This document shows, one piece after another, positions 39,584 to 54,553 of a DNA stretch of 64,000 nucleotides. Origin of the DNA: Octopus vulgaris (Eukaryota); contig OX597837.1 in assembly GCA_951406725.2 (NCBI GenBank), forward strand, positions 41,106,001-41,170,000, written 5' to 3'. Every line of letters starts with the position of its first letter. Position 1 is the stretch's first letter. The notes beneath the pieces are model-generated. The model had not been told where the DNA came from and made no database searches. It saw nothing but the letters and a program-made list of their open reading frames with translations. A program made the position numbers and the translations under genes.

Positions 39584-40441
39584 GATAGATACGCACATAC
39601 ATATATAAATACACTCACACATACACACATGCATACATACATAAATGCATACATACATAAACATATACACTCATATAATACATATATGCATACATAAATA
39701 CACTCACACATACACGCATGCATACATACATACATAAATATATACATACACTCATATACATACATACATGCGTACATGCATACATACATGCATGCATCCA
39801 CATAAATGCATACATGCAAACACATACATACATACATACAGACAGACACACAGACACATGCATACATGCACACATGCAGACAGACATGCATGCATACATA
39901 CATACACACAGACATAAATGCATGCATACATGCATACATACCTAATTCTAACGTCATCTAACCGACCGTTCCATCGGCATCATGAAGAACACGATTCCGA
40001 GGACTAACAGGATTACCACTGGATTTATATTATTAGGCACGTGCCTTTTGAGCTTGTGTGTGGCTATGTGTGGCTGTGCTGTTGGAGTGCACCTGTGTTT
40101 GTGTGCGCATACACACATATATATATAAGTGTGTGCGTATCACTCTCTCTCACTATCTATATGTGTGTATGTGTGTATATATATATGTGTATGTATATGT
40201 GTGTGTATATATATATGCATTTATATATATGTATATATGTGTATGTATATGTGTGTATATATATGCATGTATATATATGTATATATACATACATGGATAT
40301 ATATATATATATATATACATACATGGATATATATATGTATATATATTTATAATGCACACACACGAGTGTCTGTGTGTGTGTGCACGCATACATGCTTAAA
40401 AACACATTCATATTCATAGATGTATATATATATATACACAC

Positions 40442-40506
<65 letters not shown>

Positions 40507-41456
40507 AACATATATGTTCCCATACTTATATCTATACACACACATACGTGCAGCCATAAATAACGTATTCCCCAGCTTAATATCCCCAAATGAATATATA
40601 TTCCTTCTGTTTCTTCCCATTATTCTTTCTCTCATATCCTATAATGATATATTAATGTTACAATACCTTAATCTTTATCACGCCAGAATCTATACATATC
40701 GACTATATCAAACAACGTTTTGTATCAAATTTACCATAAAGTGTTGTATATTAATCGTATCACACAGCCCAATGAATGGCTGTATTGTTAGGTATTATCA
40801 TACAACAGATGGTTTTAAAGCTATCATTGTGTATTAACTTTATGGCGCAGTGTATAAAATCCGGATTATCATGTAATTTATTTTAATCAACAGGGGTGAG
40901 GGTTTGCTGGGTGTTCGTTCTGTAAAGCTATGACTAGGCTTGGAGTTACTGCTACAGTAAGGAGAAGGGCTATAAATTCCATTATTGAATTTGCAGAGAA
41001 GGTGACAAGGTGGTTTTGGATAGAGGGGGAAGACCGGTGGTTTAAATGCTGAAACTGAGATGCAAGCTGGGATATGAAACAGAGATGCAACTGGGCGAGT
41101 GAGTGGGTTTGACGTTGAATGAGCCGAAACCACAGTGAGACCCAAGAGTGTCCGCGAGGTGTAACTTCGAACAGTCTTATTGTCAGAAAAATTTCTCCTT
41201 CTTAACAACTAGAGTTGCTATATTTTCAACAATCGTTAATGTGTCGGAGGAAATATTTTGTGTTATTTGGTAATGGATCCATATGTTCTGCGTTCAAATC
41301 ACGTCAGGGTTAACGTGGCATTTAATCATTTCAGAAAATAACATACGCGTGATGTAGTGGGTGGATTTCATCACGTAAAGCTCGTTTCTTTAATTATTTA
41401 ATACAACTTATACAGAACATTTCAAGCATCTTGATTTTGCATATATATATATATGT

Positions 41457-41692
41457 GGAGGCGCAATGGCCTAGCGGTTAGGGCAGCGGACTTGCGGTCG
41501 GAGGATCGCGGTTTCGATTCCCAGACCGGGCGTTGTGTGTGTTTATTGAGCGAAAAAAACACCTAAAAGCTCCACGAGGCTCCGGCAGGAGGTGGTGATC
41601 CTGCTGTACTCTTTCACCACTCTAAAAGGCGGTGCTCAGCATGGCCGCAGTCAAATGACTGAAACAAGTACAAAAAAAAAAAAAAAAAAAAA
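41457..41692 (+). mobile_element. Chimeric SINE: family-D head plus family-A tail, with a poly(A) end
   Basis: Near-identical to 31064-31282. Confidence 0.9.
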
Positions 41693-41696
41693 GTAA

Positions 41697-41761
<65 letters not shown>

Positions 41762-42000
41762 ATGTGTATGTATGTAAGTATTGTGGTGTGTGGTGTATGT
41801 AGTATGTATTATGTATATAAATATTATATATATATATGTATATATCTACGCATATATACAGATAATTAGACATATATATGTGTGTGTATCTATCTATCTA
41901 TCTATCTATCTATATATATATATATATATATATATAGGTAAAAATCTTTATTTACATACACATGCGTATGTATGTGTACATATGTATATATATATGCATG

Positions 42001-42038
<38 letters not shown>

Positions 42039-42715
42039 CGTGTGTATGCATACATGTGTGTGTGGGTGGGTGCGCTCGCGCGTGTGTAGGCTTGTGTCGA
42101 GATTGCAAACCAATGCATATGCTAAGTGTTAACGTAATTGCTGTTGTCGATTCGATCGACCGTGACGTCACACACATTTAATCAAAAGCTTTCCAGCCAT
42201 GTCCATCCGCTTTACTGCCCTCTACTATTCTGGATCGAACACTACATTCTCAAACGCCGTTTTCTACATCTGGTCGATTTCTATGCAGTTTGGTCCGATG
42301 GTCAGTGACCAGTATGTCCAAATTATAATCGTAAATGCAAATTAAATGCAGAATAATTATATATATTATTATAATTAGGATACACAGTACATGTAGAGGT
42401 ACGGAAATGACCTCCACGTGTTAAAAAGGTGTGTGAAATATGTATGTATATGTAATATGTATGCATGTGTCTCTTCTATGTTTTAATTATTATAAATCTT
42501 CCACTGAGGAGGGACCCGGTTTCCAACAAAGATACAAGACTCCATCTGTGGGATGTAGTTTACAAAAATTGACAGTTGTGTGTGTGTATGTATGTATGTG
42601 TTTATCTAAGCATATATATATATATATATATATATACATACATATACATCAATATGTATCTGTACATGTGTAAATATGTATGCATGTATATAATGGTTGT
42701 GTGTGTATGTGCGTA

Positions 42716-42759
<44 letters not shown>

Positions 42760-42882
42760 TGTTTGTGAGTGTGTGTGTGTGACTATAAAATTTTTACGAG
42801 TAGAATTTTGACATTGTCAGATTAACGTTTACTTGCAAAACTTGTTGGGTGAACCTTCAGCTTTTATTCTAATAAATTGTTC

Positions 42883-42982
<100 letters not shown>

Positions 42983-43013
42983 TACATATATATATATATG
43001 TATATATATATAA

Positions 43014-43064
<51 letters not shown>

Positions 43065-43247
43065 CACATAAAACAAGCATTAACGCGTACACACAGACAC
43101 ACACATGCACACATACACATGCACACATACACACGCACACACATTCATATATACTTACAAATACCCGAATGTTAATGTGGGAGTATATACGTGTTTGTTT
43201 TTGTGTACCTGTCCTTCCATTTATCCATTCATACTTGCAAGCACACA

Positions 43248-43291
<44 letters not shown>

Positions 43292-43510
43292 CGCACACAC
43301 AAACACACGCGCACCTGCATACGTACATGTATTTTGGCATACGAACACATACATTGATACTACACACATGCACATACATGCATGCATATGTATGTAGAGA
43401 AATAAATAAATAACTAGACTAATTGTTTGATGGATGGCTGGATGGATGGATAGATGGATGGATGGATGGATGGATAGACACGAACAGACAGATAAGCAGA
43501 CAGACAGACG

Positions 43511-43556
<46 letters not shown>

Positions 43557-43564
43557 TAGATAGG

Positions 43565-43631
<67 letters not shown>

Positions 43632-43731
43632 CACAGACAGATAGACAGACAGATAGATAGATAGATACATAGATAGACAGATAGATAGATAGACAGATAG
43701 ATAGATAGACAGACATACACACACAAGCACA

Positions 43732-43773
<42 letters not shown>

Positions 43774-43938
43774 TAGATAGATTGATAGATTGATAGATTG
43801 ATTGATTGATTGATTAATCGATTGATTGATAAATAAATACAAAGAGAGGAGAGAGAGCAAATGATACATATTTAAATATATATACATACATACATACATA
43901 CACACATACATACATACATACATACATACACACATACA

Positions 43939-43970
<32 letters not shown>

Positions 43971-44840
43971 AATATAAGAAATACAAAAAGAAAAAGAAAC
44001 AAAACAATACATAAAAAAAAAGCAAAACATAAGAGACATTTAATCGCGGCTGGATAATCGCTGTAAATAACGTGTTTTGTTCCATAAAGAACTCTCTTTT
44101 CTATACAAGAAAGGACAAGCGCTTCAAGCCATAATGTATTCTTAAAGACATTTAAAAGCTCCGAACTGATTCTCCTTCAATGGCTTCCAGAGTGTAAAAT
44201 ACTCGGTAATAAACGCGAAGATATTCACAAAACTGAAAGAGATCGAACAGTTATTATATGTTAATTTGTTAATCGATATATCGAGAATGTAATATTGGTA
44301 GTTATTTCATTTGAGTTGTTTGTGTATTTTAATCTTCATCTTTTTATATTTTAGTGTGTGTGTGTGTGTGTGTGTATTTGTGTGTGTGTGTGTGTATGTG
44401 TGTGTTTATGCGTCATCGATGTAATTCAACTATTTAATGTGTATGTATACATGCGTAGGTTTATGTATGTATGTATGTGTGTTTGTATGTTTGTATGTAT
44501 GTATGTATGTATGTATGTATGTATGTATGTATGTATGTATGTATGTATGTATGGATGTTTGTATGTATGTTTGTATGTATGTATGTATGTTTGTATATAT
44601 GAATATAGTATATGTATGAATGTATGTATGTATATATGAATATAGTATATTGTTTGTTTGTATGATGTATGTATGTATGTATGTATATTTGTATGTATGT
44701 ATGTATGTATGTATGTATGTATGTATGTATGTATGTATGTATGTATGTATGTATGTATGTATGTATGTATATATGTATGTATAAATGTATGTATGTATGT
44801 ATGTATGTATGTATGTATGTATGTATGTATTTATGTATGT

Positions 44841-45182
44841 AGGCGCAGCAGTAGCTGGGTGGAAAGAGCTTGCTTACAAACTGTCCGGTTCAGTCCATTG
44901 ATCTTGGTCAAGTGTCCCCATACCTCAGGCCACGTCTTGTGTGGATTTTAGACAGAAACTGAAGGAATCCCGTCGTATATTATACATATGTGTGTGTGTG
45001 TGTGTGTTGTGTGTCTGTGTTTGTCCCCCCGATTGACAACGATCCGTTAGTCCGTAACTTAACGGTTCGGCAAAAGAGACCGATAGAATATACTACGCTA
45101 CAGAATAAGTCCTGGGTTCGATTCTCGACTGGGCGGGGTGCCCAGATACCGCAGTCAAATGACTGAAACAAGAAAAGAATAA
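44841..45182 (+). mobile_element. SINE family A, deletion-riddled copy
   Basis: All blocks are present but carry many small deletions. Confidence 0.8.
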
Positions 45183-45225
45183 GATGTGAGCGTATACATG
45201 GAATATATGTATGTATGTATGTATG

Positions 45226-45257
<32 letters not shown>

Positions 45258-45316
45258 TATATATATGTATGTATGTATGTATTTGTTGCGTGTGTGTTAT
45301 GTTGTATGTATGTATG

Positions 45317-45348
<32 letters not shown>

Positions 45349-45352
45349 TGTG

Positions 45353-45384
<32 letters not shown>

Positions 45385-45584
45385 GTGGTGATGTATGTAT
45401 GTATGTATGTATGTATGTATGTATGTATGTATGTATGTATGTATGTATGTATGTATGGATGGATGGATGTATGTGTAAGAAGAGAAGGCAACTAATTCAG
45501 TCACAAATGTCTGTAAGAAAAAGGTTTTTCTTCAGAGGGAAGAATAAAGTTGAATATTAAATGTCGTGTCATATATAAGGGCGG

Positions 45585-45760
45585 CCTCCTCGTGTATATT
45601 CCCTGACGGGACGCCACATCGCAGCTTACTCATTTTGCCAGCTGAGTGGACTGAGCCACGTAAAATGAAGTGTTTACTCACGAACACAACGCGTCACTCA
45701 CTACAGGAATTGAAATACAATGTTGATCGAGTCCAACACCAAACCACTAAGCCATGTACT
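45585..45760 (-). mobile_element. SINE family C, deletion-riddled copy
   Basis: TTACTCATTTTGCCAGCTGAGTGGACTG ... AACCACTAAGCCA. Confidence 0.78.
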
Positions 45761-46099
45761 CAAAACGCGAAAATCATAAGTTCAAAATACATATTAAATC
45801 AAAACTGGAAATTTTGAAATATTTCTAATTCCTTGGTTTTTAATATAGTAAAGTCCAGTGTTTTTTTAATATTATACGCAGTGGCACAACACACACACAT
45901 ACACATACACACACACAGACATCACATATGAACATTTATATGTATTTATATACATATGTCATATATCTATATATACAAATGTATATATATATATATATAT
46001 ACATATGTCATATATCTATATACATACAAATGTATATATATATATATATATATAATTATATATATAATATCATATTTATATATATAGTGGCACATGGAG

Positions 46100-46150
<51 letters not shown>

Positions 46151-46252
46151 GGTATATGCAAATATACACATGTAGTTATGGGTGCAAACGTATGTATATA
46201 AATATATGTATGCATGTGTTTATATATGTATATGTACATATATATATATATT

Positions 46253-46389
46253 TTTTCTGTCGAAGAGCGTAGGCTCGAAACGTAAAAGACTTGTTCTATT
46301 TCTATTCCTGAGCGCCATACTAATACATTTGTTTTGTTTGTGCTCCACCTGCCTTCGTCTTTTGTTTATTTTCGTAAACCTTCCCGTTA
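46253..46389 (+). mobile_element. Penelope-like terminal-repeat fragment P3 with a hammerhead-like motif
   Basis: TTTT-CTGTCGA-A-GAGC gtag GCTC-GAAAC-GTA-AAAG (46253-46288), flanked by (TA)n. Confidence 0.6.
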
Positions 46390-46470
46390 TATATATATAC
46401 ACATATAAATGCATAAGGAAGTTGTCACGATTTTTGCTTAGTTATTTAGTTAACACTTACAAACAATCTC

Positions 46471-46525
<55 letters not shown>

Positions 46526-46658
46526 TGGGTAGGCGATACCCAACGCAAAGGTGAAGGACTTCGGTTCGCAAACGTAAGTTTTGAGGCGCAATTTCTATTG
46601 TCCTCGTTCTTGCGCAACTCTTTCCTGTGATCTCATCGTTGGTGTGTGTGTTTGTTTG

Positions 46659-46709
<51 letters not shown>

Positions 46710-46885
46710 AGTATTTTTAAATGCAAGTATGCATTATATATGCATGTATATATTGTGCACCAGTTGATTACATCGGAGTCATTTAAATCAGAGCAATTTT
46801 CTTTAAAGAAGAAAACACAAAAAAAACGAAACAAATTTATCAAATACAGAAAACAAAAAAACAATGAGAATTATAACAATAAATA

Positions 46886-46933
<48 letters not shown>

Positions 46934-47427
46934 GGAGAGAAGGAGGAAAGAGAAAAGAAGAAAGAGAAAAGGAAGAGATGGGAACGGATTGAAGAAGTGG
47001 GAAACAAAAAAAAGCGCAGCAACAACAAACAATAACAATAACAGCAAAAGAGCGTATTTAAAATGGCCGATATGACGTTTTAATAGCTGAGATGGATTCG
47101 GGAGGGTCCGCCTTGGGGGGAGTGGAGTGGCGTGCAATGTCTGGTTTATTTCTGTCACCTTTTAACATTAATGACATCAGGTATATATAGAGATAACACT
47201 TCCAGCATGTACATGTGTGTGTGTGTTTGTGTGTTTGTGTGTGCGTGTGTGTGTATGTTTGTGTGTGTGTGTGTGTTTGTGTGTGAGTGTATGTGTGTGT
47301 GCACACATACAGATAAAGATACACTCATTGGCTTGCAGCGAATTCATACCTACACGTATATTAAGTAATACATGGACGAATGGGAAAAAAGCATTTATAC
47401 ATACACACACATACACACATACATATT

Positions 47428-47526
<99 letters not shown>

Positions 47527-47532
47527 AAACAT

Positions 47533-47772
47533 ATGCGCCCTTTTAAAGCCTAGCCAGGCTTATGGGCCCGGTTTCCCGGTTTCTATGGCGTATGTGTTCC
47601 CCAGCTGGACGGGACGCCAGTCCATCGCAGCGTTACTCATTTTTGCCAGCTGAGTGGACTGGAGCAACGTGAAATGAAGTGTTTTGCTCAAGAACGCAAC
47701 GCGTCGCCCGGTCCAGGAATCGAAACTACAATCTTACGATCATGGTGCTGACACCCTAAGCCACGCGCCCCC
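47533..47772 (-). mobile_element. SINE family C, full length
   Basis: Near-identical reverse complement of 17564-17810. Confidence 0.93.
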
Positions 47773-47881
47773 ACACATATATATGTATGTATATGTATAC
47801 ATATGTATGTATATGTATGCATATATATGTATGTACGCATGCACGTATTAGCGTGCAACTATGGTAAATGTGTGTATGTGC

Positions 47882-47943
<62 letters not shown>

Positions 47944-48495
47944 GTGTATAAAGGAAATTAATTTGTATCCAGTTGATACATGACCAAAAAGATGACTCTT
48001 TTTATTTTAATTAGTGGCTTTATAGGTAAAGGGAACAGAGGGATGAGTAGACGTTTTGGAGAATGGTCTTTCATCAAAATTAGTAATGAGAAATAAAACA
48101 AAATGAAAGAAAAGAAAAATATTGTTTGTTCTCGGTCGTTTCACGCTTGGATAATAAACACAAAGAAGGGGGAAGTAAGGCTTTTCAGAAAAGAATTGGG
48201 AACAATAGGAAGGAAAATAAGTGTGGCAGCAGTGGGAGAAAATGATTAAGGTTTATGGTGTTTGTGAGATAATTTAGGGATACGTGATGGAGAGGGTGAG
48301 TGAGGGAGAAAATTAGAAGATCAGTGTGGGAGCGGGGTGTTGTGTGTATAGTGCATAGTGAATAAGGGGAGGCTTGTTTACAAGGGGTTAAGTGCGGGAG
48401 GTGAAAATATATGAAGAGTGAAGGGTAAAGCGTTGATATTAGATGGGTGCGAAAGGGGCTTGAGTGTATGTGAAGTAATAAAATGTGTGAGCGAG

Positions 48496-48571
<76 letters not shown>

Positions 48572-48666
48572 GTGAATAAAATAGTGTTTTAGTGGGCGGT
48601 GTTTACAGGTGATCAAGTGTGTTAGGGGGTAGATACATGAGGGAATGGTGGGGTGAAGTGAATATT

Positions 48667-48815
48667 GCTTTCAAATTTAGACGCAAGACCACAAATTTAG
48701 AGGTAGAAAGGAAGTTGTATACATCGACCCCAGTGTTCAGCTGGTACTTATTTTATCGACCTCGGTGGAATTTGAACTCGGAACGTCAGGACGGACGAAA
48801 TGCCGCTCAGCGTTT
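48667..48815 (-). mobile_element. SINE family B with an internal deletion
   Basis: ACATCGACCCCAGTG..GGTACTTATTTTATCGACCTCGGTGGAATTTGAACTC. Confidence 0.75.
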
Positions 48816-49090
48816 TTAGAGTGTAGTGTATATTATGAGTTTATGAAGCTGGTTTATGTGTGCGCATGCGTTTTAGGGACAAGATATTTAAACAAAAATA
48901 GTAAGTGAGCAGGGTTGTGAAAATGTATATGTAGGTTGAGTAAGAAGTGCATAAGGCACGGGAGTACTCAATATGGGTGTATAGAAGATGGAGGGTAATA
49001 TATATTAGTGTATGGATGTTGGGTATTTGTGTACCTGTTAGGGTATATGTGTACATGCGTTATGAAAGGGAATAGATAAGGGCTGAAGTG

Positions 49091-49150
<60 letters not shown>

Positions 49151-49202
49151 AAGTGTTTCAAATGAAGGTTAGTTACTAGTGCCAGTAGGAATAGATGCGG
49201 TT

Positions 49203-49447
49203 AAAGGTAAAGGTTACCTTCTCGAGTCATACCGATCCATAAGGGCCGGTTTCCCGGTTTCAATGGCGTATATATTCTCAAACTGAACGGGGCGCCGGTC
49301 CGTCGCAGGGTTATTCACTGAGTGGACTGGAGCAACGTGAAATGAAGTGTTTTGCTCCAGAACACAACGCATCGCTCAGTCCAGGGTTCGAAACCACAAT
49401 CTTACGATCATGAGTCCAATACCCTATCCACTAAGCCACGCGCCTCC
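49203..49447 (-). mobile_element. SINE family C variant ending in (ACCTTT)n
   Basis: The minus-strand tail is GAAACCGGGAAACCGGCCCTTATGG..CTCGAGAAGGTAACCTTTACCTTT. Confidence 0.88.
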
Positions 49448-50727
49448 ACAAGGAATAGGCGTGCTTAAGAAAAAAATCTGTCGTTGTTCACGACGAAGGC
49501 GGGAAACGGGAGTACCATGGTTTTGTATAACCTGTGAAAAAACAAACGATGTGCTGGTGGAAATGGCCCTTAGAACTTAAATGGCACAACACAAACTTTG
49601 GTTGTTATATGATGTTGTTGCGCCTAAGTTCAAGCAAATGTTTTCGGAAGCAATCATGCAACCGGTGGTCAGTTATTCCATCCAACCGGCAACCGGTTTT
49701 CCGGTATAAAGTAAGTTACAGAAATTGCATTTGGTGCAATAGCTAACAATTTAAAGCAACAAATGAAGCGATTGCTACTATGGAAAGAGGAACCGGGGGC
49801 CTGTATGGTGACGATGTTGTAGAGCATCCAAACGAGGTGAATAATCTGTGAAGCAGAAAGTCACCCCGAATTACGATAGCGTTTTAAAGAAGGCAAAAAA
49901 GGATTTGGGGAAGACGTGAGAAGTCGTTTAATATAGATATGTGTCGTCTGCTTTTTCATTGACTTCAAATAAATAAGTTTTACGTAATCGTTCGGTATCA
50001 TCGAAATATTGGTCAATTTAAACATTTTTTCCCCATCAGTTCCATTGATAAAATATCTCAATCATAATTCTTCGTTGTTGATTAGGGTTAGATGTTCGTT
50101 TAGATAAATCTTCCTTCTCACCACAAAATCTTCTTAATCTTCCTCTCGATAGCAAAATGTTCGAAACTTACTCTTCTCTTTCAAATAATCCGAAGCTAAT
50201 CGTCAAGATATTCCTTCAAACATTATATAAGTGTAACTTAGGAACTTTTCAATTGATCCACACTATTGTTAAAGATAAAGAAAACAAAAGGCATTGGAAA
50301 ATGACAATATTCTATTCTGAACTGACAATGAGAATACATCAGCATGGAAGTCTACAAGTGGGGTACAGAGACGTCTCGAAGCGAATCTTCATACTCAACA
50401 ACATACAATCAAAAAAGTTCATGTCTGTCGCAAGGGGCAGATAGCAACTCAGGAATCTGCGTCGTGTTGACTGCGATGCACAAAACTAACGATAGCAAAT
50501 AAAAAAGGTTGACTGCTGTCAGGGGGGAAAAAACCCCAAAGGTACCATGCAAAGTATATCAGTAAATGTTTCAAACATATCTGGGATTCCATAGTCATTT
50601 GAGGGGTCATGTTAGAAGAAGGTGAAATATAAGAAAATGAATGGGATTAAGAAAGTCCGTGATGATATGAGTTTGTATGTATATATGTATGTATGTATGT
50701 ATGTTTGTACGTATGTACGTATTTATG

Positions 50728-50794
<67 letters not shown>

Positions 50795-51597
50795 ATGTAT
50801 GTATGTATGTATTTATAACTCTGTGTGTATATATATATCAGTTCAATTTGGGTATCGGTAAGCATGTTTATACACATACTTGAAGAGTTGACATTTTCAA
50901 GTATTTCTGAAATAATGCTGATTCGATTTATGATTTCGTATATTATATAATAATATTCCGGCAATGATTTTTCGGGGAAAGTGTCGACGAAACAATTGTA
51001 ATATTATGCAATGAACCTATTACTCATTCGATTCTCTTCGTTAACATTTATGCACGCGTATATCTATTTATATATATATGTACAAACACAGACATACATA
51101 TACATATACACATAATTTGTACAGAGGAAACGTCTCAAACAAAATGGTGTAGAATGCAAATATACTCTCTCAATACAAGAGTAAAAACACTATCATAGAA
51201 CTATTCAACACAAGTACTGCAGATCATGGTTAATCTGTGGGTAAACGACATCAATGAATTCGATGTTCTGCACTTTCCTGTTTAATACATAACTATCCCA
51301 GTAAATAAGATAAATGATCCTACATTTGCAAAGGATTTTATAAGCTTGTACAAAGCCTGGTTCTAAGAACTAGATCTTAGGTAAAGAAACTGTTACTTGA
51401 CTCTTATATTCAGTCTACCATTATTTCTGGTAAGCCTATATTATAAAAGGATTTGGCAATAATATGAACCCAAACTAGTGCACACGTATTAAAGTGGAAA
51501 GTTACAGGGGTCACATGACATCATGACTAAATGAAATGTACATTTTATATATATCTGTACCAACCATGATATTCTTTCATCTTACATACATGTATAC

Positions 51598-51905
51598 GTT
51601 GTTATTGTTTGTTCCTTCTCGAGCCACGGCTTGGCTCATAAGCCGGTTTCCTGGTTTCCTTGGCGTATAGGTTCCCCACCTGGACGGGACGCCGGTCCGT
51701 CGCAGGTGAGCTGCAAGATGCAGGAGGAAAGAGTGAGAGAAAGTTGTGGCGAAAGAGTCAGCAGAAGTTTCGCCATTACCTTCTGCCGGAGCCGCGTGGA
51801 GCTTCGGTGTTTCGCTCATAAACACACACATCGCCTGGTCTGAGATTCGAACCCGCGATCCCCCGACCGCGAGTCTACTGCTCTAACCACTAGGCCATGT
51901 GCCTA
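51598..51905 (-). mobile_element. SINE with a family-D head and a family-C-type tail
   Basis: Close reverse complement of 33909-34218. Confidence 0.9.
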
Positions 51906-52129
51906 CACACATGTATACATACATATGTATATGTACATACATACATACATACATACATACATACATACATAATACACGTGTAAACTTTTATTCTTTGATA
52001 CGAGTGGTTGTACTGCAGCCATGCCGGGGCATGGCTGCATGTTCAAAAGATTACGTGTGTCTGTGCGAGCGTTATATGTCTATATGTAAAGGTGTGTGTA
52101 TGTATGTCTGTGCGTATCTATCTATCCAT

Positions 52130-52194
<65 letters not shown>

Positions 52195-53134
52195 AATCTA
52201 TCTATCTATCTATCTATCTATCTGTCTATCTGTCTATCTACCTACCTACCTATCTACTAATCTATCTATCTATTTACCTATCTATCTATCTAGCTAGCTA
52301 GCTAGCTAGCTATCTACACACACACACGTATGAGATAGAGTCAACAAGACGGAGTACGGTTGGACAGTTATTTTTTAACCATTACACGTTTCCATACAAC
52401 ATAGTTCTTCAGATATACAGGAATTTGATTATTTAACGCTTTACCTGTACCTGTATAATGGGATCCAATTGTATTTCTTCAATTGCTGTCTCCGTTAGTT
52501 ACAAAACCTTCGTCTTCGATGCTAACACATCCATCTGCCTTGTTTGAATTTAGTAGACACTGGCAGTTTCATTCCGCTTGCTGTTAACATATATATATAT
52601 AACTGTTACTTTATGAATATGAGTAAGAAAAGGCGTACTCAAGACAGGATATAGAGTATTTGGACTATTTAATCGAAGTTCCTTTGGTGCAATTAACGTT
52701 TCACTACACAGAGACTTTGCCATCTATGTGAAGCGGAACTCAAGTGACAAGAAATAAAAAGTTTGCATTTGTGCGTGTGTGGGGGGCGTTATACATATAT
52801 GCATGTGTATGTAGGTGTGTGTGTGTGTGTGTGTAATGTTTATTCCCTTTTGAAAGTATTTTCAGTGTTGATATAATTTAAACTTGTGTGATTTCATACA
52901 CATTAGTTAACACCAATCTGTTTCATGTCTATGCACACATACAATACTGCTTTTGCTGAGTACTAAACCCCCAGAAACAGCTGTTAAGAATTCCCCGTAA
53001 AATCCACTTTTCATTCTCTTATTTCTAACCTTCCTGCATGAACTACCCGGATTTATACTAACCTACCCATTAAAAGCACCACAAAGAAGTACTTCGATAC
53101 CCCTCTCCTCTACCTGTAATATTTCAGTATGAAC

Positions 53135-53357
53135 AAGGCGGCGAGTTGGCAGAAACGTTCTGAGTTCAAATTCAGCCGAGATCGAGTTTGCCTTTTATCC
53201 TTTAGGGGTCGATAAATTAAGTACCGGTTGCGTACTGAAGTCGATCTAATCGACTGGCTCCGTTCCCCAAAACTTTGAACTCAGAACGTAACGGCAGACG
53301 AAATACTGCTAAGTATTTCGCCTGGTGTGCTAACGATTCTGCCAGCTCGTCGCCTTG
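53135..53357. mobile_element. Two abutting inverted family-B SINE copies
   Basis: A + copy at 53135-53273 is joined to a - head fragment at 53274-53357. Confidence 0.85.
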
Positions 53358-53580
53358 GAAAATGGAATAATCCTTGTGTAAGAGTAGCCATGACAAAGTA
53401 TGTGTATGTATCTGTCTGTGTGTGTATATATTTGTGTGTGTATATATCAGTGTGCGAGTGTGTGCGTGGGTGTATATGTATATGTGTTTGCGCATTTTTT
53501 GACTATGTGTGCTTACCATCTGTATGTTTAAGAGTATATGGATAAAACAAATTCTATGGGACACACATTGTGTCTTAAGC

Positions 53581-53650
<70 letters not shown>

Positions 53651-54043
53651 CGTGCGTGCGTGTGTCTGTCTGCAAGTGTGTGTATTTTCGTCTGTGTCTT
53701 TTTGACCGAATAGTTTAAGCTCGTTCGCCATTCACGAGATCCTGGGTACCGATCAGGTCAACGAGGTCAAGTCCCCCTTACTCTGAACTCTGTTCAACAC
53801 AGATCTCATGGAAGAAATTAGTTTAACGGAAACTGTGAGGAAGCCTGACGTCCCACTGACTCCGTTCACGGATGTAAATTAAAAGAAGAAATGTCTGTGA
53901 GATACGCAACCCATTTAATGTTAATTTAGTGGAGCGAGCAGCTGAGTGCTGCCCGTCGAAACCGACAGAGAATACATTATGCCATTTTTAATGCATTATA
54001 TATATATTGGAAGGTTTGCAGATGATGTACAGGTATTATATGT

Positions 54044-54224
54044 TAGAAGAAATGATATAATCAGAAGATCGGATGGTTTATATTTACAGATATTTATTTA
54101 TATATTACATTTTTTATATATATCATATCACTTAGATCACTAAGTGATATGATATATATGTAAAAAATGTAATATATAAATAAATATCTGTAAATATAAT
54201 CTTCTGATTATATCATTTCTTCTA
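54044..54224. repeat. Long foldback with ~85-bp arms and a loop ATCA
   Basis: 54044-54135 pairs with 54140-54224, with one multi-base bulge. A related single arm lies at about 55845-55975. Confidence 0.92.
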
Positions 54225-54455
54225 GTGATCTCTTGAGCACCACCAGCAAAAATATTTTTTTCCTCTGTCTTCCCTTCTCGGGATCTTTCCTTCTCCTTGT
54301 TTCCGACGAAGAGCTCCGCTCGAAACGTTAAACCCTCCTTCCCTTCTTTCCTGAGCGTCAAATAATACTTTAATTGTTCCACGTCCTCGCGTTGCTGTTT
54401 TTTTCTGTGTTTTTTTGTGTTTTTTTTCTGTGTTTTCTTGTTTGGATTAAGTTTA
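54225..54455 (+). mobile_element. Penelope-like terminal-repeat fragment (P3-related) with a hammerhead-like motif
   Basis: GTTT-CCGACGA-A-GAGC tcc GCTC-GAAAC-GTT-AAAC (54299-54333). The downstream TTCCTGAGCG..A.TAATAC is shared with P3. Confidence 0.62.
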
Positions 54456-54496
54456 TATATATATATATATATACATATTTTTGTTTGTGTGCATGA

Positions 54497-54553
<57 letters not shown>

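Noticed and set aside
40840-41208. 122-aa Ser/Pro-rich minus-strand ORF in unique sequence
   Set aside because: It has no recognisable motif and a non-ATG start, I found no convincing splice sites, and the length is attainable by chance. RNA-seq or BLASTP support would be needed.
42110-42171. CCAAT plus a CRE palindrome GTGACGTCAC as a promoter
   Set aside because: Short motifs are expected by chance in 64 kb, and there is no associated gene evidence.
49740-50450. Possible very old mariner transposase traces (YGDDVV, SAWKS, SKKFM)
   Set aside because: The matches are too short and scattered, and no inverted ends were found.
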